Below, piece by piece: positions 51,288-63,789 of a DNA stretch of 64,000 bases (positions within the stretch are counted from its first letter, which is position 1; every line of letters begins with the position of its first letter). The stretch comes from Octopus vulgaris. Taxonomy: Eukaryota. The notes under the pieces were generated by a model, which saw only the letters and a list, made by a program, of their open reading frames with translations, was not told the origin of the DNA and did not search any database. The stretch is taken from assembly GCA_951406725.2 (NCBI GenBank), contig OX597822.1, positions 40,176,001-40,240,000 of the forward strand. The letters run 5' to 3'. Made by a program: the position numbers and the translations under genes.

Positions 51288-51490
51288 GAATTTACAAAAA
51301 CACAAAAAATGAAGACGGGTGTGTAAACAACAAACAGACGTATTAGTTTAGCGCTCGAGAAGTGAGAGTCTTTTACGTTTCGAGCCTACGCTCTTCGACA
51401 GAAAGGAACACAGAAATATACAGGGAGGGAAAATAGAAAAGGTTTAGTGACTAGCGATCTATCCTGGCTAATGCCGGACAGAGGGGACAT
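51283..51490 (-). mobile_element. Penelope-like terminal-repeat element, family P2 copy 3 (best preserved)
   Basis: Minus strand reads CTTT CTGTCGA A GAGC GTAG GCTC GAAAC GTA AAAG at ~51370-51405; inserted in (TA)n. Confidence 0.65.
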
Positions 51491-51558
51491 ACATATATTT
51501 TATATATTCTCTCTCTCTCTCTCTTTCTTTTCTTTCTCTCTCTCGTTTTATATATATA

Positions 51559-51721
51559 GGCACAGGAGTGGGTATGTGGTAAGTAGCTTGGTTACCAACC
51601 ACATGGTTCCTGGTTTCAGTGTCACTGTGTGGAACCTTGAGTAAATGTCTTCTACTATAGCCTCGGTCCGACCAAAGCCTTGTGAGTGGATTTGGTAGAC
51701 GGAAACTGAGAGAAGCCTGTC

Positions 51722-51758
<37 letters not shown>

Positions 51759-51965
51759 TGTGTGTCTGTGTTTGTCCCCCCAACATCGCTTGACAACCGA
51801 TGGTGATGTGTTTACGTCCTCGTAAATTAGCAGGTCGGCAAAAAGAAACCGATAGAATAAGTACTAGGCTTACAAAGAATAAGTCCTGGAGGGGGTCTTT
51901 TGTTCGACTAAGAGCGGTGCTCCAGCATGGCCGCAGTCAAATGACTGAAACATAACGAATAAAAG
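51559..51965 (+). mobile_element. Family A SINE, full length
   Basis: Complete colinear copy. Confidence 0.9.
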
Positions 51966-53094
51966 CATCCCGAAGTATAACAATAATCAAATAAGAACTG
52001 ATCTGAAATATTTACTTGGGGTCGACACAATACACTTTCTCATGAAGCCAAAACCTCAGCACAACCGCAGTCCAATGACTAAAATCGGTAAAAGAATAAC
52101 GGAATAATTAAATATTTGTCATTTACAATTCCAGAATATTTTGTGGTTAACTAATAACCAGATTAAGTACTTAATCTTAAACTACCATTTGTTACAGCTT
52201 TTATTTCCCTTTTCTGTTTTTCGTCTCTTGTCAGTTTTTTTTAAAAAGTATTTATGCATAAGATGGATTAAAGAATATTTATTTTCGCTCCTCGATTTTG
52301 TTTTCTGCTTCGTTCATTAATGTTCAATGTTTATTTTATCCAAAGTCCTCGACCGCAATAAGTAGCTAAATTATTAGAGCGGTTTTGAGGTATTTAGATG
52401 CATCGAGCGGGGAATCCACTATTTTCGTTTTGTCTTTCGATGAAAATAATCACCAGCCAAGCACGGGGTAAATTTGTTTATCATCTCATACACCTTCAAC
52501 CAAACCCTTGTCTGAAATATAGAAACTATTGTAAGACTATTATTTTGCCCCGTGCTTCGTTCGGGTTTTGGTGGTGGTGGTGTTGCTTTGTCCGTGTTGT
52601 CTCCTTTTCCCTTTCTTCTTTTGTTCGTCTTCTTTGCCTGGTTCTTATTATTACCCTCTTCTTTTTTTATTATTTTAAATTTTTTTCTTCGTCCTTATCT
52701 TCTTTTTCCTCTTTCTCTTCTTCCACTCTTTCTTTTCTCCTTTTCCCATATTCCTCACCATGGCAACCAATCGGTTGCCTCGAGCGACTTGCAACTCTCC
52801 TCACACCATTGCCCACCCTATTTTACCCCCAGTGTAAATTTTGGCGCCAATCCGACCCCATCAACCACCCCTTAAACCGTTCCCATCCCAAAATGAGACA
52901 CATAACCAAGAAATCAAACAACTTTTTCGCATTTCAGTTTTATAGATATTAACTCTAATAAAATCGTTCGCTAAAGATCAGGTTACCATGTCGTTGCGAC
53001 TCTTTTCATTATGAAATCATAACCCAGTGTGACGGGCTTAACATTTTGTCTCCATGGGGTTTGATGGAACAAGTACCAGTCATACACATGTTTG

Positions 53095-53280
53095 AGGTGG
53101 TGAGCTGGCAGAATAGTTAGAATAGTAAGCGCTGGAAGAAATGTTGCTAAGCATTTTGACCAACGCGCTGAGTTCCTCTCATCCCGTCACTGTCGTTAAA
53201 CACAGTACCGATAAAGTACTGGGATCTACGTAATCGATTTCTCCCCTTCCTCCCTTCAAAATTTCTTGTCTAGAACTCTA
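53095..53280 (+). mobile_element. Degenerate family B SINE
   Basis: GGTGGTGAGCTGGCAGAATAGTTAG head and AGTACTGGGATC..GTAATCGATT block. Another diverged copy at ~53830-54030. Confidence 0.6.
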
Positions 53281-53494
53281 CAACAGAACGACAGCAAGTT
53301 CAGAATGAATGCTTTGTTTCCCTCACTTATATACGCCATAGAAACCGGGTAACTGGGTTTAAGAGTCTTGGAGCTCAAGAAAAATATGATAAAGGTATCA
53401 CTATAGTCAGATATAGCTCTTTTACGCTGAAACTCTGTTGCCTTGCATACCTATGTTAGAAAATGCTTTTGAAAAGGTAGTGGATTGTCATAGT

Positions 53495-53799
53495 TTTGTT
53501 TGTTCCTTCTCGAGCCATGCCTGGCTAATTAGGGCCGGTATCCCGGTTTCCTTGGAGTATAGATTCCCCACCTGGACGGGACGCCGGTCCGTCGCAGGTA
53601 AGCTGCAATATGTAGGAGGAAAGAGTGAGTGAAAGTTGTGGCGAAAGAGTCAGCAGAAGTTTGCCATTACCTTCTGCCGGAGCCGCGTGGAGCTTAGGTA
53701 TTTCGCTCATAAACACACACATCGCCCGGTCTGAGATTCGAACCCGCGATCCCTCGACCGCGATTCCGCTGCTCTAACCACTAGGCCATGTGCCTCCAC
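53495..53799 (-). mobile_element. Family D tRNA(Arg-like)-derived SINE, full length, 13-bp TSD
   Basis: Minus strand reads GTGGAGGCACATGGCCTAGTGGTTAGAGCAGCGGAATCGCGGTCGAGGGATCGCGGGTTCGAATCTC. TSD GGATTGTCATAGT at 53482-53494 and 53800-53812. Confidence 0.9.
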
Positions 53800-54119
53800 G
53801 GATTGTCATAGTAGTTCGGTCTTTTGTTGGAGTGGGATCGCTACTAACAAGGAGAAAATTACCTGTGTTCTTAGGTCTGACACTCTACGTTCGGCTTCTA
53901 AATTCTGCTGAGACGAAATTTGCCTTTCATTATTTCAGCATCAATAAAATGAAATACCAGTCAAATATTGGGGTCAATGTAATCGACGAACTTTCCCCCC
54001 AAATCTCTGGCTATTGTGCTTATATAAGAAATGGTTGTAGTTCTTGTTGTTGTTGCAGCTTTCTTCTTCTATTTCCAATCAGGACTCACCATTAGCCACA
54101 AAGAATAATCTCTAATTCG

Positions 54120-54553
54120 AGCCTACTCTAAGCTACTAAGAATGCGTACGGCAACTTGAAGATCCACTCACCACACACGATAGACTGGCGGTTGCACGGG
54201 CGCGAAAGCCACGTTGTTATCCTCATTCCGTAAACGGTGGCTATTTTTAACGGGTGGAGAGCTGAACCATCCTTGGGTACAGAGGATTCGCAATCGAGAC
54301 TAGGGTCTGAAAGTTTATCACACCATAGTGGGTTACACCATGGTTCCTCTACTTTGTGGCAGAAGTAGGAAGAAAGAGTGAGAAAAAGTTGTAGTGAAAG
54401 AGTACAGCGGGGTTCTCCACCCACACCGCCGGAGTCTCGTGGAGCTTATGTGTTTTTGCTCAATAAACACTCACAATGCCCGGTCTGGGAATCGAAACCG
54501 CGTTGTTACGACCGCGAGTCAGCTGCCCTAACCACTGGGCCATTGCGCCTCCG
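54120..54553 (-). mobile_element. Family D-related element with a different 3' half
   Basis: 54365-54553 aligns to the D head and body; 54120-54365 is unrelated to the D tail. Confidence 0.65.
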
Positions 54554-55214
54554 CCGCTGTTGTTACTAACATTATTAATGTTGATGATGATGTTACTGTT
54601 TATAAAACTCCAGTTTTTACATGGAAATGTCATTGGTGTTGTTATTATCGTTACTGTTGTTCTTGTTGACCTGATTGTGCTTGTAGTAGTAGTAGCAGCG
54701 GTAGCGTAATGTGGGTTGGAAGAAAGATGGCGGTAATGAATAGAGGAAGTTGAAGGAAATTGCACAGGTATCTCTCACACATTCTGGGCAGCATAAAAAC
54801 TCACAGAAAGCGGAAGCTAAAATAATGTTCTATCACAGTTGTGCTCAGCTCAATCAGTCGTGCTGGAGGCAAGACAAAATTAGTTGTGATCAAGAAATAA
54901 CAACGTGAATGAAATCTGTTAAAAATTCGAAATTTTTCTATCTGAAAGCGCTGTGCACTGAGTGCCTCTAACAACCCACATTACGCTCACGTGTTGCAGT
55001 CACATGTTGTATCCAACCAGTCACATGATTATTGTTGATTGTACCATTACACGCTCATTCTATTCAATTGTCATATATGATAATATCTTATAAAGAGCAT
55101 AATGTGGAAATAGTCAAGTTGTTTTGTTGTACATGCATGCATGTGAGTATCTATATGCATTCAAATATATATGTATACGTGCGTATATACACATACAATT
55201 TATATACATGCATA

Positions 55215-55349
55215 CAGGATGTTCAAAAAGTCTCTCTGCAGTGAATTTTTATTTACTAATATATAGTCTAATATATTCTTTTGTAGTCTTGTATCATCTT
55301 ACAAATATTTTGTCGTAAAATACTGCGGAGCGACATTTTGAACACCCTG
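55215..55349. mobile_element. Short Tc1/mariner MITE
   Basis: TA|CAGGATGTTCAAAA..CTCTGCAGT / ACTGCGGAG..TTTTGAACACCCTG. Confidence 0.7.
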
Positions 55350-56251
55350 TGTGTGTGTATATATATATATGTATACACACATTTTTATATACATGCACGT
55401 ATTGAAGCTTGCATGGAAACGTTCACCTATTAACAATATATGTGCTTACATAGATTCATATGTATATGCATACATAGGTATACATATGCGTGCACTTATT
55501 CATACATATATACATTGCTGCATTCATCTACACATACATGCGTACACACTCTAATTGTACATACCGGTATATCTATCTACCTACCTATCTACCTGTCTAT
55601 CTACCTGTCTATCTACCTGTCTATCTACCTACCTACCTACCTACATACCTACCTATCTACCTACCTACCTACCTACCTATCAACCTACCTATCTATCTAT
55701 CTACCTACCTACATACCTACCTATCACTCTCTTTCTCTCTCTCTCTCTCTGTATGTATATATATATATATATATACATACATACATACATACATACATAA
55801 CGTTTGAGTGTTGAAGTGAGTAGCGTGGGATATTGTTTCGTTAAAGCTTAAACTAAATAACAACACAGAACAGGACATTGCAGCAACAGTGGCAGCAGCA
55901 GCAGGAGGAGCAGCAGCAGCAGTAAGAAGTACAACAATGGCAACAAGAAGAGCAATTGCAATATCAATAAAAACAAAGCCATCAACGATAACAATAGCAG
56001 CAAGAACAACAATAATAATAACAACAGCAGAGGCAACTATCAGTAACAATAATAAAAAAAAATCGACAAAAAAGATTAAAAAACAAACTGCAATAGCAAT
56101 AGTTGCAACAACAGCAACAAGTATCAACTATAATGTTCACAATAACAATAGACATTATAAACGTACGAAATATATATAAATATATTGTAGAAAAGAGAGA
56201 AGGAAAATGGCGGAAGGTAGTAAATGAAAACAAGAACAAAAATTGTAAACG

Positions 56252-56289
<38 letters not shown>

Positions 56290-56487
56290 GGGAAAGGAGG
56301 CAGAATGTGTATAGAAAGGGCGAGATGTAGATAGACACATGAAGAGAAACGGAGAAAGGAAATAAAGGAGAGAGAGAGAGCCGATTCGTCGTTTTCTGGA
56401 AACTAAGATAAGTAGGTCGTGATTTAATACAGTGGTTTTACATCCGAGCATTAAATGTGACACAGACAGAGATGGTATGTGCGCGTG

Positions 56488-56568
<81 letters not shown>

Positions 56569-57165
56569 ATGTGTGTATGTGTGTAAGTTTAATATGTATA
56601 TACATATGCAGACGTATGCACACAGAGACAAATACATAGTAATCTGAAGACAGTGATGTGAAGATAGCAGGGTGCATACACATACACCCGCACATCATAT
56701 GCATATCTACATCAGCATCGCAATCGATTGGTCAAAGAGGTCTTCAGCAACAACAACAGCAACAACGATAATCTAGAAGACTTCTTTTGTCTCTCATATC
56801 TTTCTTCTGCACATATTCAGCCGTGTTAAAAATCTTATCTCATTCTCGGCAGGCTTTTCCATATTATATTTCATTTGAAGATTATCCTTCGTTAGAACAA
56901 CCACAACGCCGGTGCCAGGCTGGCAGGCAGAACAGTTAAATAACTGGACTAAATGTGTTACAGTATCTAGTTACAGCACTTTAGGACTGAAGTTCAAATT
57001 CTTCCTGAGTCAAGTTTAACATTTCATTCTGTCAGGGTCTGTGATATCCATTGCAGTCAAGTATGGCAATGAATTAAATTGAGTTATCCACTCTGTCTGT
57101 CTCTTTCTCTCTCGCAAACATATGCACACAGCCACTCTCCCCCCTCTCCCCCCTCTCCCCTCCCC

Positions 57166-57202
<37 letters not shown>

Positions 57203-57264
57203 AATCTGAGGCCTTTTCTCACCGTTATTCATACGAGTTGCACCCACGTTTCTTTTATATTTTT

Positions 57265-57435
57265 TGTTTGTCATTTGACTGCGGCCATGCTGGAGCACCG
57301 CCTTTAGTGGATCAAATCGAACCCAGGACTTATTCTTTGTAAGCTCAGTACTTATTCTATCGGTTCCTTTTGCCGAACAACTAAGCTACGAGGACGTAAA
57401 CTCACCAGCATCGGTTGTCAAGCGATGTTGGGGAG

Positions 57436-57487
<52 letters not shown>

Positions 57488-57652
57488 GAGACAGGCTTCT
57501 TTCAGTTTCCGTCTACCAAATCCACTCACAAGGCTTTGGTCGGCCCGAAGCTATAGTCGAAGATACTTGCCGAAGGTGCCACGCAGTGGGACTGAACCCG
57601 GAACCATGTGGTTCGTAAGCAAGCTACTTACCACACAGCCACTCCTGTGCCT
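57265..57652 (-). mobile_element. Family A SINE, full length
   Basis: Complete reverse copy. Confidence 0.9.
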
Positions 57653-57979
57653 AACTTACCGCACGGCCACTCCTTCAGGAAGGCAAGTCAAGTGACGAGA
57701 TTTTGCATCTAATGATGCTAACAGGTGAAGCACTATGCAAATGGAAAAACACTGATGTCTGTGGGAGAAAAACGATACGAATGATTCAGGCTGCATTTAC
57801 ATGTACAAGAATTAAGGTAGAATATGTGAGTTACCCAGAGGTATGGTCTTTTGTAAATCCCCTTATTTTGAGGCTGTCAAGGATGTCTTTTACATACTTG
57901 TTTGCTCCTCTTGATATCATTGCTAGATAGGAGATATTATTTCTTTCCGACATTGTTAACATTATTATTACTGAGAAAG

Positions 57980-58192
57980 CAGCGAGCTGGCTCGCCGGGC
58001 AGAATGCTGAGCGGTAATTCGTCCCTTCTTTAAGTTCTGAGTTCAAATTACACCGAGGTCGATTTTGCCACAGGGGAAACTTGGGGAAGGTGGGTGATGA
58101 GTCGATTACATTGACCTCAATGTTCAACTGGTACTTATTTTATCGACCCCGAAATGATGAAAGGCAAAGTTGACCTCGGCGGAATTTGAACT
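57980..58192. mobile_element. Two abutting family B fragments in opposite orientation
   Basis: Plus-strand fragment ~57980-58068 and minus-strand fragment ~58075-58192, both containing the GTTCAAATT..GAGGTC block. Confidence 0.7.
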
Positions 58193-59999
58193 AACAACAA
58201 TAATAATAATAATAATAATAATAATTGCAAGGCTTGAAACAATTTGGGGGAGGCGGTAATCGTTTACATCATTTCAGTGAGAGATGCGCTATCGAAGATA
58301 TAAGCGAATACTTTATTCTCTAATTATTAAACATTTTTCTCCTTTTGTTACAATACAAAACAAACATTTCAAATAATTAAGTAAAATTTCGATTGACTCC
58401 TACACCTATCTCCCTTTGCCTCCATTCTTTCTTTTCATTTTAATGACATATAACGCACGGCATTTCAAACGCTTGATTTCTGTTTTATATTAAGAGAAAA
58501 TAATTTAAAGAACAGAAGTGTCCTATAAATAAACGGTTTCTGTTTACGCTTTTATTTTTAATATTCTCTCCTTGCAAATGCACTTCTGTTGTTATTGTTA
58601 AGGTGGCGAGCTGGTAGAATCGGTGGCATTTGTTATTCTGATGTAGAGTATTACAAGTAAACATGCTACGCTAAAATCCGTTCCGAAACCAGAAAAGACT
58701 TAAAATGCCTTTCAAGATTGTTTTTCAGATTAATATCTCAAAATCTTTCAGCAGTCGTTGCTCTGGTTGCTCGGTCTTGAAGCATGACAGCATTCTAATT
58801 TTTAGGTCATTTCGATTCGGCAGTCCGCTGCTCGGCTTTCTTGTCTTCGGTTTGAAATGATCGACGCCCATATTGTGACAGCTTGAACAACGATCTTTCA
58901 TTATAGCGTCATTGTCAACCCATGCTTTATGAATGAAATTGGGTCACCGGAAAATGTTCGGAAGCCTTTAGGTAGAGCAGACCTGTGATTCAAAGGCTGA
59001 ACCTAATCACACAGTATTTACGTTACGTTAATTTACAAGTGTCTATGGAACCCTCGGTCACGTACTCTGTATAGGTTATCTCAGCTGATTGAGCTAACCT
59101 CAATATATATAGGTTAGCTCAACTGAGTGAGGAATTGGGACACTTGTTCATCGAAGCCATCGGGACTACGCTTATATCATTATGTTCTATTACTATCGTA
59201 TATTAATCATATTGGCGGAGTCGTTAGCGCGTCGGACACAATATCCAGTGGTATTTTTCCGTTTTTTTTTATTTTCTGAGTTCAAATCCCGTCAAGCCAA
59301 ACTTTCCTTTCTTCTGTTGGGATCGATGTAATTGTCTTGCTGTCTCCACTCAAAATTGCTGGCCTCGCACCAACGTTAGAAAGAATAATCATATAATCAT
59401 AACATGTATCATATTATCTATACATTAGGCAATAACATGATATATACGCATATAATATATAATGTTATATATTAAAATATGTATGGCGCCATGTTATTTT
59501 TTAATAAACGATATTATTATATTATTCTGCAGTAAATTATATATTGGACTATATTATAAAATATAGTTTAATCATAAGATATTCATGATATAATCATAAC
59601 AGATATTCTGTTATCATAATCATAACATATATTCTCCACATGATATAATCATAACAGATATTCATGATATAACGAACGTTTACATGTTTGTATTAAAACA
59701 TGTTCGGCCAAATCGAAAAGGAGCTAAAACTTGAAATATAACGTTACGTTCTAAATTGAAATTCTGTCAAGGCTGACTTAGCTTTTCGTAATATTAGTGA
59801 GCCTTTTCTTCCTGTAAATAAATTTCCACGGTCGATTAAGTCTTTTACAATTCCCCATCCTTTCCTCTTAGTTGCATGTTCTTCCATTCTTAGCCAACGG
59901 CGGAGTTCTATGTGCTCATGTTAGAAATAACAAGCAATTCTACCACATTCTTTAAAAAGAAATCGGCGTCAAATATCTGTGTAATGTATTACATCATCT

Positions 60000-60041
<42 letters not shown>

Positions 60042-60059
60042 ATGTGTGCGTGTTACCTT

Positions 60060-60414
60060 TTTCGTCATGAGTCTGTAGCCACAAAAGGGCGCTGCTTCAA
60101 ATAATTTTTAGTCGAATGAATCAACACCAGTACATATCGTACACTTTTTAGCCCGGTACTTATTTTATCGGTCTCTTTTGCCGAACTGCTAAGTTACAGG
60201 GACGTAAACACATCAATACCGGTTGTCAAGCGATTGTGGGAGCACGCACGCACGCACAAACACAGAGATATATATACGACGGGCTCCTTTCAGTTTCCAT
60301 ATTGGTCGGTAGGAGACTATAGTAAATGATATTTGCTCAAAGTGCCACGCAGTGGGACTGAAATCGGAGCCGTGTAACTGAGAAACAAGCTTCTTTCCAC
60401 ACAACTACACCTAT
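60060..60414 (-). mobile_element. Family A SINE, diverged
   Basis: ATCGGTCTCTTTTGCCGAACTGCTAAGTTAC, AAAGTGCCACGCAGTGGGACTGAA. Additional degenerate B copies at ~59213-59385 and 60770-61045; an A fragment at ~62845-62962. Confidence 0.8.
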
Positions 60415-61284
60415 GTGTGCGTATATATATGTATGTATGCATGTATGTATGAAAGAATGAAAGCTACAGTAGTTCGAAAGAGTAGCTTGAACTGTCTTCC
60501 AATATTTAATTTACCATCTGAGTTCAAATCCTGCCTTAAACTACCATGCCTGTTATGATTTCTAATTATAGCCATTGAAAGTGACCCCAGTTTATGAAGG
60601 GTTTTTATTTTATATAATGTGGATACAGGATAGAAGCAGGATTTGGGATGAGAAATTATAAGAAGAAAAGTTTAATTTGAAACATTTTAAGACATTTAAT
60701 CTGGTACCAAAACGTTTCTTACCACTCGGTAACCTTTTGAACCACAACTAATTATACAAGAGATGATTGGTCGATAAAATAAGTACCAGTTGAAAACTCG
60801 GGTCGATGTAATTGACATATCCCTTCGCCAAAATTGCAAGCCTTGTGCCAAAATTTGAAATTATTTTTATTTAAAAGAATGTGACGAGTGTGCTTAGTGG
60901 CATTACATCTGTGTTTAGGTTTTGAGTTCAAATTACGCTGACCTTACTTGTCATCCTTTGAGGTACAATAAACTAAATACCAGTTAAATGCTGGGGTCAA
61001 TATAATCAACTAGCTCCTACCCCCAAAATTTCAGGCAGGCCATGGGTATATAGCAGGAAGAATTACATTTAAGTGTGGATACACATCATAAAGTATAGCA
61101 GTAGGTTTGTGAAACGATGTTATCTGTCTAAAATGGCTGCGTGAGAAGTTTTTCCAGATTAACAGTTGCTAAACTGATTACTTAGATTTAAAATATTTTC
61201 TGATTCAGATTTCTTGATTATGTGTTGAAAATGTAACAGTTTGTCGTTTCCCAAAGTAAACCATTTATAAACTAGCACAGAAAC

Positions 61285-61448
61285 TACACATTATTTACAT
61301 AATTTACACTTGACGTATATTTGTCATTGTCTTTTTTGTTGTTAACACAACGTTTCATCAGGTGTCTTGGGAAAATTTCGAACCTGGGTTCTCATTCGTA
61401 AGGTATTATTCGATGTTGTTGTTGTTGTTATTATTATTGTTATTATTA

Positions 61449-61487
<39 letters not shown>

Positions 61488-61519
61488 TCACTGCCTGGAA
61501 TCGAACTCAGAATGTGACC

Positions 61520-61557
<38 letters not shown>

Positions 61558-61705
61558 TTAGGAATGAGAACCCAGGTTCGAAACCTGATGAAGGCTGAAA
61601 GGTATATCAGCCGAAACGTTGTGTTAACAACAAACAAGACGAGGACAGATATCCGTCAAATGTAAATAATGTACATAATTCCTCATCTCTTAAATATAGA
61701 ACTGA
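61285..61705. mobile_element. Palindromic Penelope-like element, family P1 copy 2
   Basis: Same arms as 43280-43615. Plus arm reads AC CTGATGA A GGCTGA AAGGTATA TCAGCC GAAAC GTT GT (61583-61622). The centre is (ATT)n, a B-box fragment and (AAT)n. Confidence 0.75.
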
Positions 61706-63093
61706 ATTACAAGATATTTCCACTGCATATCTTCCAAACTTTGTACCCAATATGAAATAGGTTGGCATCAACTGCGAAAGCCAGTAAAATATTGAGTTCA
61801 TTCTCTACTTCAAACGAGTTAAGTTGCTAACATGAAGTAGTCTAGTTCATACGGTCTGCTTTGTTTACAGTATACAAAGGTGAAGGATGCACGGAATTGT
61901 GGTTAAAAAAGCTATTTTCAACAACGTTTCTCTCACAATATTGAGGTGTGGTAGTGAAGTTCTATTATGATGTAGTTTTAGGGTTTCACTGTAGTTCCAT
62001 TATGTGGTGGTCTCAACAAGTTTTTACAAACTAGTTTTTACAAACTAGTTTTTACAAGCACAGTAAACATTTTAATATTGTCCTCTTCTAAATTAATCAT
62101 TGACCTCAAACAGAATTTTTGTTAAATTTCCACTCATAAAACAGCCATAAAAATAGAAATCGTAAAATATGATATACCCAAAAGCTGACACCCAAATATG
62201 TAATTATTAAGCTCTAAGATACAGTAATAGTACAACAGAGAGATTCACCCGAATTCCATGTAACTAATTATTATTAATGAAGGAATTGTACACATGCAAT
62301 AAATTGTTAAGTATGTAAGTCATAAGAAATGAATAACAGCAGTGTGATATACCAGATTTTAATGAATATATGATCTCTGTTATATGTACTCAGTGGATTT
62401 TTGAACGTAGAAAAGGGAGCACCTCCTCTGTTCTAAACATGGCCGATTTTGCAGAAGGAAAAAAGGGCAATCGTTTTCAGGTCCAGTCTGATATTTTATA
62501 ACTCCGATAGGAGCTTTTATCCTTTTATGTAGTATAAGCTAAAGTTGGTCTTGGCAGGATTTGAAAACTCATTGTACAGTAGGTCAGGAAGACTACTGAA
62601 AATATTCCATTTGATGCTCAAACGTCTTTTGTCAATACACTTCAAGCATGCAGAATAGTAGTGGGTCTCCGCCGTTCGGCGACGAGGATTGTGGTGTTCT
62701 ATCAACTAAGTTAAGCTGAATTAACATTTAAATCGCTGAGTATTCCTAAGTATTCGGTACTCTTGAAGTGAATCTCAGGTTGAATCAGCGGGACGCTGTA
62801 TGACAAAGTAGCAGTTACTGAATTACAAGTACAATCTCTCGAAAGACCCTCACTACAGTTTCCATCTACCCAAAATCACTGAAGGTACAGGTCGAACTGC
62901 AACATGGAACTGAACATGGTATGTCACGGCTGCGAAACGAACTTCTTAACCATTCAGCCATATTGCACTAACCAGCAGGCACAGATTTTGTATGGCTATA
63001 TATATATATATATATATATACATATGCATGTTTGGTTTTGCGTGTGTGGTAAATATTTTACATTGAAATGCTTTTGAATGTTGTGTTTCACAT

Positions 63094-63186
63094 ATTCACC
63101 AGATGAAAATGTTTTTTTTTTCTTTCTAATGATGTAATGTCTCTATTAATCGATTTAAAAAATCGTTAGAAACAGCTGTAGTGAAT
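63094..63186 (+). ncRNA. Hammerhead-like motif with extended stem II, family P4
   Basis: ATTCAC CAGATGA ... GAAAC AGCT GTA GTGAAT, giving a 6-bp stem I and palindromic stem III. The 3' half recurs at ~22172-22194. Confidence 0.4.
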
Positions 63187-63239
63187 TGACTCCTTATACA
63201 TATATCTTGTTACCATTACTATCATACTACCTCCAGAAA

Positions 63240-63450
63240 ATGGCAAGCTGACAGTCGTTAGCCTGCTGGGCAATATGCTTAGCAGCATTTCTTCCGTTTT
63301 TACGTTGTGGGTTCAAATTCCGCCAGGGTCAATTTTGCTGTTCATCCATCCGGGGGCGATAAAATAAGAACCCAAATGAGCACTGAGTCGGTGTAATCGA
63401 TTCATCCTCTGTTCTGAAATTGCTGACCTCGTGCCAAAATTTGAAACTGA
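63240..63450 (+). mobile_element. Family B SINE
   Basis: Colinear copy ending GAAATTGCTGACCTCGTGCCAAAATTTGAAAC. Confidence 0.8.
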
Positions 63451-63735
63451 TATACAACCTCATAAATAACCTGTGCAGCAAGTTCACATTGTTGAATTGA
63501 CTGACATCCTTGAACTCATTGCTTCAACTTTCTTTTAAATGCAAACACTGCACTACCATTTGCATATCGGCCATCCCTCTCGCTCTCTATTTCCTACCCC
63601 GTGTCTTATACATGCGAGCAAGAAAAACTGGATAGCGACTGAGTGACTCACTAGCTTCATACAAATTAATATATTTTTGAACAAGTATTGAGTACTGTTT
63701 GTCTTGCGGGTCAAATTTACAAAAAGGTGGCTTTA

Positions 63736-63789
<54 letters not shown>

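Noticed and set aside
53725-53799. tRNA-Arg gene
   Set aside because: The tRNA-like head continues into a SINE body and tail bounded by a 13-bp TSD, and the acceptor stem is not intact.
57486-57695. Recurrent peptides such as [26 protein letters not shown] and [19 protein letters not shown]
   Set aside because: They are antisense translations of SINE family A.
59560-59672. Short ATCATAACAGATATTC tandem repeat, and AGTTTTTACAAACT x3 near 62020-62057
   Set aside because: Ordinary small tandem duplications with no further structure.
62517-62705. 62-aa ORF as a possible exon
   Set aside because: It overlaps a diverged family C SINE 3' block and has no recognisable domain or convincing splice sites.
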